NCBI GenBank assembly: GCA_963745655.1
Contig: CAVUYK010000007.1
Coordinates: forward strand, 170,985 to 234,984
Direction of reading: 5' to 3'
Source of the DNA: Terriglobales bacterium
Lineage (GTDB): Bacteria; Acidobacteriota; Terriglobia; Bryobacterales; Bryobacteraceae
Length of the DNA stretch: 64,000 nucleotides
Shown here piece by piece: positions 29,544-39,600 of the stretch (position 1 is its first letter; every line of letters begins with the position of its first letter). Made by a program: the position numbers and the translations under genes. The notes under the pieces are model-generated. The model made no database searches. It saw only the letters and a list, made by a program, of their open reading frames with translations, and was not told where the DNA came from.

Positions 29544-32500
29544 GTGGTTCCTTGCGGCTGCCCGGGAGCAGGGCTCGCGCTATTCGCCTGCGGCGGGCGC
29601 CGGCCATGCAGCAGGCTGAACACCGCGGGAACGAAAATGAGCGTGGCCACGGTGGCCACCAGCAGGCCGCCGATGACGGCCCGGCCCAGCGGGGCATTCT
29701 GTTCTCCCCCCTCGCCCATGCCCATGGCCATGGGGATCATTCCCACGATCATGGCCAGCGCGGTCATCAGCACCGGGACGAAATCGCGTGACGCCGGCGC
29801 TGAGCGCGGCGCTCACGGGATCGCCGGATTTCACCAGCATCTCCTTGGCGAAGCTGATCACCAGGACACTGTTCGCGGTCGCCACGCCCATGCACATGAT
29901 CGAACCCATCATGGCGGGCACGCTCAAGGTGGTGTGCGTGATGAAGAGGCACAGGACGATACCGGCGAGAGCGGCGGGCAGCGCCGTGATAATGATGAAC
30001 GGATCGAGCCACGACTGGAAGTTCACGACGATCAGCAGGTAAATCAGGATCACGGCGAACAGCAGACCGCTGGTGAGTCCGATGAAGGAGGCGCGCATGG
30101 TTTCCACCTGGCCGCGAATGACTATTTGGGAACCCCGCGCCAGATCCTTGCGGCTGGCGTCGACGATCCGGTCCACCTCGTCGGCGACACTGCTCAGGTC
30201 GCGGCCATCCACCGCGCCGAAGATGTTGACGACGCGCTGGATATCGTAGTGGTCGACGACGGCCATGGCACTGCCGCGGCTGATGGAGGCGACGTCGGCG
30301 AGAATCTCGGGCGTGCCGTCGGGCTGCGCGGTGAGGGGAATGTTGCGCAGATCCTGCAGAGACTGGATGCGGTACTGCGGGGTTTGGGTTACCACGTTGT
30401 AACTGACGCCATTGGCGGGATTGAGCCAGAACGTGGGCTGGGTCTGGAAGCTGCCGCTGAGAGAGACCAGAAGACTCCCGGCCACCTGGCGCTGCGTGTA
30501 TCCGCTTTGGGCAGCCTTCGTGCGGTCGGTGACGACGTGCAGCGTGGGCTGATCGAATACCTCCTGGATTCGCAGGTCGGCGATCCCCGGAATGCGGCGC
30601 ATCTGATTCAGAATCCGAACGGCCAGGTTATGGTTGGCCACCACGTCCTTGCCGGCGATCTGAACGTCAATGGGCGCGGGCAGACCGAAATTCAGGATCT
30701 GGCTGACGATGTCGTCCGGAAGGAAATAGAACTCGGTGCCCGGGAACTCGCGGGGCAGCGTCTTGCGGAGCGTACGCATGTACTCTTCGGTAGGCCGGTG
30801 ATCCTTGGCAAGCGACACGAAAATATCGGCGTCGGCCGAGCCGATGGGAGCCGAATTCCCATAGATGGTGTTAATGCTGCTGTAAGGAAGCCCGATTTCG
30901 TCCAAAATGCCGGCCAGTTGATCCTTGGGGATCTGGCGGCGGATGGACCGCTCCACCAGATCGCAGATGCGGGCGGTCTCTTCAATCCGGGTTCCGGCCC
31001 TGGCCCGCATGTGCAGCTTGAACTGGCCGGCGTCGGAAGTGGGGAAGAAATCCCGGCCCAGCCATGGGTAGAGCAGGAAAGCCGAGAGGCAGAGCAGCAG
31101 GAAGGCGGGCACGAAGACCGCGCGGCGGCGAACCAACACCGCCAGCAGGCCCGCATAGGCGTCGCGGAGCCGGTTGAATCCCCGCTCGAACGCGCGCTGG
31201 AAGATCACCAACGGATTGCGGGTGCGGGCGGTGGGGTTCCTCACCCGCAGCAGATACATGGCCAGGGTGGGAACCAGGGTGCGGGACAGCACATAGGAGG
31301 CCAGCATGGCGAAGACGACCGCCTCGGCAAGGGGGATGAAGAGGTAGCGGGCCACGCCGCTCAGCAGGAACATGGGGAGGAAGACGATACAGATGCCGAG
31401 TGTGGAGACCAGGGCGGGAAGAGCGATCTGGGCCGCGCCCTCGAGGATGGCATCATAGCGCGCGTGGCCCTCTTCCAGGAAGCGCTCGATGTTCTCGATG
31501 GTGACCGTGGCGTCGTCCACCAGGATGCCCACGGCGAGGGCCAGACCGCCCAGCGTCATGAGATTGATGGTCTCGTGCAGCAGACTCAGGAGGACAACGG
31601 ACGTGAGAATCGAGAGCGGGATCGACACGGCAATAATCAGCGTGCTGCGCCAACTGCCCAGAAAGATCAGAATCATGATGCCCGTGAGGCAGGCGGCGAG
31701 AGTGGCCTCCCGGATCACGCCGTTAATGGACGCGCGCACGAAAATGGACTGATCGGCCATCGGCTGAATCTTCATCTCGGGCGGCACGGTGGCTGCCACC
31801 TGGGGCAACAACTTGTGGACCCCTTCGACCACCGCGAGCGTGGATGCGTTCCCGGCCTTGAGGACGGTGAGGAGAACCGCCCGTTTGCCGTCCTGCCGCA
31901 CGATGTTGGTCTGCGGAGAATAGCCGTCGCGGACATGGGCGACATCACGAATATAGATGGGGGAACCGTTGACGATCTTGATCGGAAAGTCGTTGAACGC
32001 CGCGACGGTGGTGGGGCTGGCGTTGAGGTCGACAGGGTATTCGAACTGTCCGATCTTGGCGGTGCCGGAAGGCAGGATCAGGTTCTGCGAGACCATGGCG
32101 CTGACGACATCGGTCGGCGCGAGCCCCTTGGACTGCAGTTCGGCCGGGTTGAGGTCGACCACGATCTGGCGCTGCTTGCCCCCGTACGGATACGGGATGG
32201 AGCAGCCGGGAATGCTGACCAGCCGGATTCGAATGAAGTTGACGCCGTAGTCGAAGAGCTGCTGCTCGGAGAGCCCCTGGCCGGAGAGACCAAGCTGGAG
32301 GATGGGCACGCTCGAAGCGTTGTAAGTGAGGATGAACGGAGGAGTCATGCCTTCCGGCAGTTGCCTGAGAACGACTTGCGCGATGGCCGTGACCTGGGCC
32401 AGCGCTCCGCTCACCACGGCGTTGGGCTGGAAGAAGACTTTGACAATGGAGCGCCCGGCGATCGACTGCGACTCAGTGTGTTCGATGTCGTTGACGGTGG

Positions 32501-32717
32501 TGGTAAGCGTGCGTTCAAAAATGGTGGCGATCCGCGTTTCCATCTCTTCGGCTTTGAGCCCGCTGTAGCCCCAGGAGATGGCCACTACCGGAATATCGAT
32601 GTTGGGGAAGATGTCGGTGGGGGTGCGGAGAATGATTACGGGGCTGACAATGAGGATCAGGAGCGCCATCACGATGAACGTGTATGGCCGCGAAAGCGCA
32701 ATTCGAACAATCCACAT
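29540..32717 (-). CDS. RND efflux permease (AcrB/AcrD/AcrF family), interrupted by one apparent frameshift near 29775
   Basis: [21 protein letters not shown] start. 12-TM AcrB-like layout. After ...SAGVTRFRP the natural C-terminus [37 protein letters not shown] is in the frame of ORF 29540..29773. One extra G explains the shift. Confidence 0.8.
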
Positions 32718-32862
32718 CCGCGTTTACTCCGAACCGAGAGGGTCAGACATGATGTACCAGGATTCCCCGGGCGCCCGGTGTGATCCGCCGCTGGGGAGAG
32801 AGCCGGCGGAGCCGCACCTGTGGTGAAATAGGAGACGCCTCGGTTTCGAAATTCAAAGAATA

Positions 32863-33495
32863 TTGTCGCACGACGTGATGGAGAACGTGCAAGCAACAGT
32901 TCGCGGGCGGGGACGGCCACGGGATGAGGTGGCGCGGCAACGGATCCTCCAGGCGGCGCTGGAGCTGATGGAGCAGCTCGGCTTTGCGCGGATCACCGCG
33001 GAAGCCATCGCGGAACGGGCGGGAGCCAGCAAAGCAACTCTGTATCGCTGGTGGCCCAACAAAGCCGCGGTAGTCATCGAGGCGTTCCGCGAGTCCGTGG
33101 AGCCGGAGTTGCCGTTTCCGGACACCGGGTCGTTTCGCGACGATATTCAGACGCAGATGCGGAACTTTGCGCGCGTGCTCGCGGGCCGCGGCGGGAAGAT
33201 GCTGAGGGCCTTCGTGGTGGCGGCGCACAGCGATCCGGATGTGGCGGCGGCATTCCGATCGATCTGGAGCGTTCCGCGCCGGGCGGCGGCGAAGCAGATG
33301 CTGAAGCGAAGCCAGCAGCGGCGCCAACTGCGCCGGGAAGCGGACCTGGACCTGGTTCTCGATGCGTTGTATGGGCCACTCTATTACCGGTTTCTGGTGA
33401 AGAACGAAAACCCTACCGCGAAGTACGCCGAATCGCTGGCGGACCTGGTGCTGAACGGACTGGCCCCCGTTGACGGGGAGGAGAGCGGGGAATGA
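32863..33495 (+). CDS. TetR/AcrR-family transcriptional regulator (divergent from RND operon)
   Basis: RGRPRDEVARQRILQAALELMEQLGFARITAEAIAERAGASKATLYRWWPNKAAV is a canonical TetR HTH. The start may instead be ATG 32879. Confidence 0.85.
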   Translation: MSHDVMENVQATVRGRGRPRDEVARQRILQAALELMEQLGFARITAEAIAERAGASKATLYRWWPNKAAVVIEAFRESVEPELPFPDTGSFRDDIQTQMRNFARVLAGRGGKMLRAFVVAAHSDPDVAAAFRSIWSVPRRAAAKQMLKRSQQRRQLRREADLDLVLDALYGPLYYRFLVKNENPTAKYAESLADLVLNGLAPVDGEESGE

Positions 33496-33723
33496 GCGAA
33501 GCTCCCAGCGAAGATCATAGCGCGGGCTCCGCCGAAACTTGTCCAGTTGCAGCTATTCCGAAGTGATGTCTGAGCCCCGACAGCCTCAGTTCGGAGAGCA
33601 CATGGGAGTTTTATTATGGGGCCTGGCTGGGAGCAGCTCGAACATGTAATCGCCCGAGCCAGGACGGTTTCAAGGCGGCCTTGCTCCCAACTCACAAAGC
33701 CAAAGGGATTAAGAAGATTTGGA

Positions 33724-33798
33724 TGGTAGCGCTAAAGGGAATCGAACCCTTATTTGAGCCTTGAGAGGGCTCCGTCCTAACCGTTAGACGATAGCGCC
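33724..33798 (-). tRNA. tRNA-Glu: tRNA-Glu (anticodon CUC)
   Basis: 75-nt cloverleaf read on the minus strand: GGCGCTA TC GTCT AACGGTTA GGAC G GAGCC CTCTCAA GGCTC AAAT AAGGG TTCGATT CCCTT TAGCGCT A CCA. The CCA is encoded. Position 1-72 is a G-U pair. Confidence 0.85.
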
Positions 33799-33857
33799 GT
33801 GGAGGCGTGCCGCTCCTCGACCTTTGATTGTATCATGGGCTAGAATCGAGTCTGCTC

Positions 33858-34970
33858 ATGAAATACCTTTGGCTTGTTCCCACCCTGCTCTTGGCCGCCT
33901 CCCGCCCCGCCGAGATCGCCTTCGAGAAGATTACGCTCGACCTGGGCGCCAGCGAGACCTGCGCGTTCGCCGACGTGAACGGAGACGGGCGGCTCGACAT
34001 CGTAAGCGGTGAAAACTGGTACGAAGCGCCGAACTGGACGCCGCACAAATTCCGCGAGTTGGGCTACGCCAGCTACTACATCGATAACTTCAGCGATCTG
34101 CCTGTGGACGTCGACGGCGATGGCCAGGTGGATATTGTGAGTTGCTCCTGGTTTGCGCATAAGCTCTCCTGGTGGCGTAACCCGGGCCGCGGCCGCGGCG
34201 TGTGGAAAGAGCACATGATCGAAGACATTGCGCCGGTCGAGTTCGTTTTCCTGGTGGATCTCGATAACGACGGTAAGGCGCGCGAACTGCTGCCGGAGTT
34301 CGGATCGGCGAAAGCGCCCCGCGCCTGGTACGAGATCGTGAACGGCGCTTTTGTCAAACACGTCATTGCGCCAGAGAGTGGCGGCCACGGCATCGGCGCG
34401 GGAGACGTGAACGGCGATGGCCGCAACGACATCATCACCACCAAAGGCTGGTACGAAGCGCCGGCCGATCCTCGCGCGGACGACTGGAAGTTTCACGCCG
34501 ATTTCGATCTCGGCACCACCGGCTTCATCCACGTACTGGATCTGAACGGCGACGGACGCAACGACCTGGTCGCCTCCATGGCTCACGATTACGGCATCTT
34601 CTGGATGGAGCAGGGCGCGGACGGCCGCTGGACCAAGCATATGATCGACGACAGTTGGTCGCAATCGCACCCGCTCACGCTGGTGGATTTGAACGGCGAC
34701 GGCCGGCTGGACCTGGTCACCGGCAAACGCTATATGGCGCACAACGGGAAGGATCCGGGCGAGCGCGAGCCTTTAGGCATTTACTGGTACGAGTACCGGC
34801 CGTCGGCCGATGGCAAGCGTCTGGATTGGACGCGGCACCTGGTGGACTACTCGACGCGCGCCGGAGGTGGGATGCAGATCGCGGTCGCGGATTTCGATAA
34901 GGACGGCCATCTCGACCTGGCCGCCGGCGGCAAGAGCGGTCTGTTTCTGTTCCGTAATCTGACGAAATAG
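33858..34970 (+). CDS. Secreted FG-GAP/VCBS-repeat (beta-propeller) protein
   Basis: Signal MKYLWLVPTLLLAAS. Seven repeats of the DxNGDGxxD(I/L)V type: DVNGDGRLDIVSG, DVDGDGQVDIVSC, DLDNDGKAREL, DVNGDGRNDIITT, DLNGDGRNDLVAS, DLNGDGRLDLVTG, DFDKDGHLDLAAG. Confidence 0.8.
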   Translation: MKYLWLVPTLLLAASRPAEIAFEKITLDLGASETCAFADVNGDGRLDIVSGENWYEAPNWTPHKFRELGYASYYIDNFSDLPVDVDGDGQVDIVSCSWFAHKLSWWRNPGRGRGVWKEHMIEDIAPVEFVFLVDLDNDGKARELLPEFGSAKAPRAWYEIVNGAFVKHVIAPESGGHGIGAGDVNGDGRNDIITTKGWYEAPADPRADDWKFHADFDLGTTGFIHVLDLNGDGRNDLVASMAHDYGIFWMEQGADGRWTKHMIDDSWSQSHPLTLVDLNGDGRLDLVTGKRYMAHNGKDPGEREPLGIYWYEYRPSADGKRLDWTRHLVDYSTRAGGGMQIAVADFDKDGHLDLAAGGKSGLFLFRNLTK

Positions 34971-34994
34971 GTACGCGCCCGGCGGGCGCGTACC
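34970..34994. terminator. Bidirectional hairpin between convergent genes (11-bp stem GGTACGCGCCC/GGGCGCGTACC, 3-nt loop)
   Basis: Perfect inverted repeat starting at the last base of the FG-GAP stop codon. It is followed by the T-rich TCTCTATTCCCGTTC. The TPR gene stop is at 35009 on the other strand. Confidence 0.55.
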
Positions 34995-35008
34995 TCTCTA
35001 TTCCCGTT

Positions 35009-36658
35009 CTACGCCTGGTCGAAGTAGCCTTGCGCCAGATCCGGCTTGGCTTCCAGCGCCTGGCGCCAGCAGGCGCGCGCTTCCTCTTCCTGCCCCAGCG
35101 ACTTGTGCGCGTGGCCCAGGTTGAGCAGCGCCTCGGCGAAATCCGGTTTCGCGTTCAACGCTTCCTTATAGAGGCGCATGGAGTCTTCCACTTGCCCCAC
35201 GCGCTGCAGCAGCAGACCGGTGTTGTAGAACAGCTCCGGCGTGCGCTCACCGAGTTCGATCAAGCGCGCCTGCAAATCCAGCGCTTCCTGGTAATCTTCC
35301 TGGTCGACGGCGATGGCGGCCAGCCCGCGCAACGCATCGGCCGATTCCGGCACGGCTTGGAGCACTTTCTCGAAGGACTCCCGGGCCATCTCGCGGTCGC
35401 CCATCTTCCAGTACGCCAACCCCAGGTTCAACTGCGCTTCGGGCCATTGCGGACGCTTACGCAAACACTGCGAGAAGGCTTCCACGCTGCCGCGCTGGTC
35501 GCCGCGGTCCAACCGCAGATAGCCCACGCGAAACCAGGTGTCTTCCCAATCCGGATTCTTCGACAGCAGTTTGGTATAGAGCCGTTCGGCTTCTTCCTTC
35601 TGTCCCTGCTGTTCCAGCAGGCCGGCCAGGTTGTTCAGGATTTCGGGCAGATCCGGTGTGATCTGCAGCGCGCGCTCGTAGGCTTCCCGCGCGCCCTTGA
35701 GGTCGCCCATTTCCTGTCGCGCGATGCCCAGGTTGATGAAAGCCTGCTTGGCGTCCGGACGGATGCGCAGGGCTTTCTCGTAAGCCTGCGCCGCCTCTGC
35801 CTGCTTCCCCGTTTTGTGGCAGGCCACGCCCAGGTTGAAAACCCGCTCGAAGGTTTCCGGCGCGACTTCCAGCAGCTTGCGGCTGCAGCTGGCGGCGGCT
35901 TCGTAATCGGCGGCGGCGAACGCCGAGGCCGCCAGGCCTTCCAGCGCCACCTGCGACTGCGGTCGCAAGGCGAGTAGCTTCTCGGCGTGCTCGCGGACCA
36001 TCTTATCGTCCTTGCGAGCCATGCCGATGGCGATCAGATTGACCAGCGACTCTTCGGAATTCGGGTTGGACTCGATCAGCTTGCCGTAGAGTTCGGTGGC
36101 CTCGTCGAAGCGCCAGAGCAACTGCAGGGCGACGGCCTTGCCGAACAGCGCGGCCTCCTGGCTGGGCTCCTTCTGCAGGCAGAGGTCGAAGACCTCCAGC
36201 GCCTCCTCGGGCTTCTCCTGGTGCAGCAGACAGACGCCCAGGCCCAGGCGCGCTTCCCCGCGTTCCGGATTCAGATCAAGAGCTTTCAGAAAAGCCTCGG
36301 AGGCCTCTCCCCAGCGGCCCAGCTTTTCCAGACACACGGCCATGTTGAAAGTGGCCGCCGGATGCCGCGGCTCCAGATCGAGCAGCTTCGTATAGCTCTT
36401 GGCGGCTTCCTCGAATTCGGCCAGCTCGAATAGAATGTGACCACGGGCTGAAAAGATCTCGGCCCGCAGCTCGCCGTTGTCCAGCGCGCGATTGAGCTCC
36501 ACCAAGGCCTCGCGGGGCTGCCCTTCCAAGTGCAGGGATACGGCCCGGGCAAGTGCCTGAGGCGTCACTGTCTTATCGCCGCGCGTTTCGTAATTGGCGC
36601 CGAAAGGCGTCGCTTCGGAAGCCTCGCTTCCCGAAATCCATTTTCGTTTATGATTCAT
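35009..36658 (-). CDS. TPR-repeat protein (~549 aa)
   Basis: Start MNHKRKW (ATG 36656-36658) overlaps the upstream TGA (ATGA). More than 12 consecutive 34-aa TPR units follow (e.g. AEALLNLGHAHKSLGQEEEARACWRQALEAKPD). The longer ORF to 37405 overlaps the upstream gene and is rejected. Confidence 0.8.
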   Translation of the reverse strand: MNHKRKWISGSEASEATPFGANYETRGDKTVTPQALARAVSLHLEGQPREALVELNRALDNGELRAEIFSARGHILFELAEFEEAAKSYTKLLDLEPRHPAATFNMAVCLEKLGRWGEASEAFLKALDLNPERGEARLGLGVCLLHQEKPEEALEVFDLCLQKEPSQEAALFGKAVALQLLWRFDEATELYGKLIESNPNSEESLVNLIAIGMARKDDKMVREHAEKLLALRPQSQVALEGLAASAFAAADYEAAASCSRKLLEVAPETFERVFNLGVACHKTGKQAEAAQAYEKALRIRPDAKQAFINLGIARQEMGDLKGAREAYERALQITPDLPEILNNLAGLLEQQGQKEEAERLYTKLLSKNPDWEDTWFRVGYLRLDRGDQRGSVEAFSQCLRKRPQWPEAQLNLGLAYWKMGDREMARESFEKVLQAVPESADALRGLAAIAVDQEDYQEALDLQARLIELGERTPELFYNTGLLLQRVGQVEDSMRLYKEALNAKPDFAEALLNLGHAHKSLGQEEEARACWRQALEAKPDLAQGYFDQA

Positions 36659-39600
36659 TGGGTCATACTCCTGTTCGCGCTGCGCGTATCGAACGGCACC
36701 AGGTAGGCGCACAGCTTTCCTAAGAAATCCGATTGGTGCGTAACTTCGATCCAACGTATTTTGGCCTGCTCGCCTTTGTCGCTGAAGAAACCGACGCCAC
36801 CCGCGGCGAGCCGGCTGTCGCTCCAGACGTCCACGATCTGATCCTGAAACTTGGCCGTGAAATAGGAACCATCCGCATCCACGCGGATGCGGTACATCGT
36901 GTCGGGGCGCGCCCCCATGGGCAGTGGCAGTTGCGTCTTCGGTCCCGGCTTTCCATCGATCACGGCATAGCGCACGATGATGCCCGCGGGCATGGGACCG
37001 GACTTCGCGAAAACGATCTTCATAGCGTAGTAGTTCCGCGTGTCCACGGCGCGGAAGACCCAGCCCATGCCGCGACGGGCAATCTGTCCGAGAAATTCGA
37101 ACTGGTAGTCGTTCAGCCTCATGGAGGGGCGATACAGGGCCAGATCGCCGGTTTGGGCAAAACCGGCGTCGTCGTAAGACCATGTCTCGGCCCAGTTCTC
37201 CGCGCCGCCCCAAGCGCCCATGCCGGCCCGAAAATCGTCCACCAGGTCCACGGCGGCGCGGCTGCGGATGTCTTCCCGCAGGCCGCTCAGTTGGATACCG
37301 GACGACTGGCTCCCGATGGCGGTCAGCACGCTGAGAAGCACGATACCCGCCATCAGTCCTTTCAAGGGAAGCGGCGCCCGGCGCCACAGCCGGGTGAACG
37401 CCCAACGAGTCGTTCCGCCTTCCAAACGCTCCATCATGGCGCGCAACAACTTCGAGGTGCGCTCGTGCGTTTGAATGCCGTCCTGGGCCGACCCCATCGA
37501 CGGCAACCGGGGCGGGCGGCAGACGGTGTGCGGCGCGTTCACTCCGATCGGCTTTGCCGGCGGCACCGCCGAGGTCAAGTTTGTTAAGTCAATCGAGAAC
37601 AACCTCACCAGCGGCCGCACCGAAGCGGGAGTGACCGTGAGGATCCGTAGGCCGAGAATCGCATTGGGCGAAGGCATGGCCGGCGAGGGGAAGGGGATCC
37701 AGTCCATCGACCGCACGGCGCCGCTTGCGGTCAGGCGCGGGTCTTCCACACTGGCGAGGTGTGCTCCGAGCCGCTGGAGATTCACCGAGGTGGCCATTCC
37801 CCGGCATCGCACGAATCTTCCCACGCTCGGCAGTGCGATTCGCGCCTTGAGCTCCGGCCTGCGGCGGCTGGGGATGAAAGTGTGAACCTCCGGGAGTGGT
37901 GCGGCGAGGGTCGCTTGGGCGCCCGCGGTCCACAGCGGCTCCGCCAGCCGCACCAGGGATTCGGCGCGGCTCAAGCGAGGCCCAGGGAGATGTGCCGTCG
38001 GAAGCCAGGTCGCGGCAGCCACGTCTTGCGCTCCCTGGGCGAGCGACGCCAGGGGTTCCACCTGATCGGCGCCGGCCACTGTCCGGGGGGGGAGCGAGTG
38101 CGTGGCGATTTCCAAGGTGCTCAAGGCAGCTTCGGCGCGCAACCGCGGCGTGGCGGCGGACCACGCCAACTTGGGCCAGCGGTGGGTGACCGCCAGGGGG
38201 ATCTCCCCGGCGGCCTCGGTCGATATGTCGAGTGGCCCGGCGGCGGCCAGCGGCATACTCACGCACCCGCTTAACCGCGCCATCCCCACTGCAATGGCCG
38301 GCCCCAGGAAGCCGGGCAAGTGGATTGGATCCTGCGTGCTGGTCGCTAAGGCCATGCCGGTCGCGAGAACGCTGTTGGTCCCCGCAGCCGCACCCGGCTT
38401 CGGCAGCCGGCACAATTGCAAGCGCAGTTCGGCATCCGGCAGACCCGCGCTGGCCGGCAACAGACGGAGCGGAGTTCCGGCGAACGCGTCCGCCGCCTTC
38501 GGCGAACGCGCGTCGCTCGAACATGCCGCCAGCGGCTGTGGTATGTAAGCTGCCGGCGGCATCCCCATGGCGATGGACGGCGCCAGCAACGCGGGCCAGC
38601 GGACCGCATCCTGGGCGCTCGCCGCGAAAGCCACGCCGGCCGCGAGAACGCTGGTGGTCCTCGCAGCCGCACCTGGCTTCGGCGTCTGGCACAATGCCAG
38701 GCGCAGTTTGGCACCCGGCAGGCACACGCTGGCCGGCAACCGACGGGGCGGAGTTCCGGCCACCGCGCCCCCCGCCTCCGGCGCCCGCGCGTCACTCGAA
38801 CGGGCCGAGAGTGGCTGTGGCAGGTAAGCCGCGAGCGACGAGACCTGGTCTCCCCAACCCGGCTCCGACAGAATCCGGGTCGCGCCCGAGGGTTGGAAGG
38901 GGCCGTCCGTCAGCGTTTCGACGCTTACGCGCGGCACGGCGTACCACATTCGCGGGGCCGTCCATTCGGCGTGTGGAGAAGCCGCGCAGAGCTGCAAAAC
39001 CCCCAAACCGGCGGTGCTAGGTTGGACTGGCAACAATTTGAGATTCGATACTAAGGCCGGCGGCCAAGCCTCAAATATGGCCGCCTCCGGCGAGAGCGGC
39101 GACATCTCTTCCGGACGCGCCGGGGAAGGCATGGGAATGGGCACCGGCGGCGCGACGGCGTAATGCTCAGGCGCCTCTTGGCTAACCTGCTCGTCCAAGT
39201 CCAGCGCCAAGTCCGTCACGGGAAGCTGTGGCTTTATCCGTTTGAATTCGGCCTGGGGAACTCTGCCGCCAGCAAGTGGTATTTCCGCGCCGCTTCGCGA
39301 TGCCAGCGCCGGCCGGCAGTAGCCCCGAGGCTCCCAAGTGACCTTCGCCTTCGAAGCCCCCACTAGAGGCGGCATCGCTATGACGCTCAGCCATTCGGTT
39401 CCGATGCCGGAGCGATGGAGGGGCGCCAACTGGGGCCCCGCAAGCGGTTCGGGTATGAACCCAAGCAGCGCCGGTAGGTTGAATTCCTCCTCCGGGGTGG
39501 CCGCTACCTGTTTATCTTCAAAGACTTCCACCGGTTCGGCGGGACGCCGCGGCTGGTTGATCCGGTTGCCGGTTTCCGTCAGCCGGGCAAGCGCCAAATC

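Noticed and set aside
29121-32783. 1220-aa ORF on the plus strand, the longest in the window
   Set aside because: It is entirely antisense to the AcrB-family pump and adaptor genes. It has a low-complexity G/A/R/D/H-rich translation with no TM or domain pattern. It is a shadow ORF.
35009-37405. 798-aa version of the TPR ORF, and N-terminal extensions of ORFs 41297..44404, 17469..18254, 11908..13173 and 9027..9602
   Set aside because: The extensions overlap upstream genes and are compositionally aberrant. Internal starts with RBS or stop-start overlap (36658, 43933, 17724, 12019, 9482) give family-typical N-termini.
38275-38832. Repeat array as a possible CRISPR or other regularly spaced repeat locus
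   Set aside because: It consists of only two long (279-bp) diverged units, in frame inside a continuous ORF, with no short repeat/spacer periodicity.
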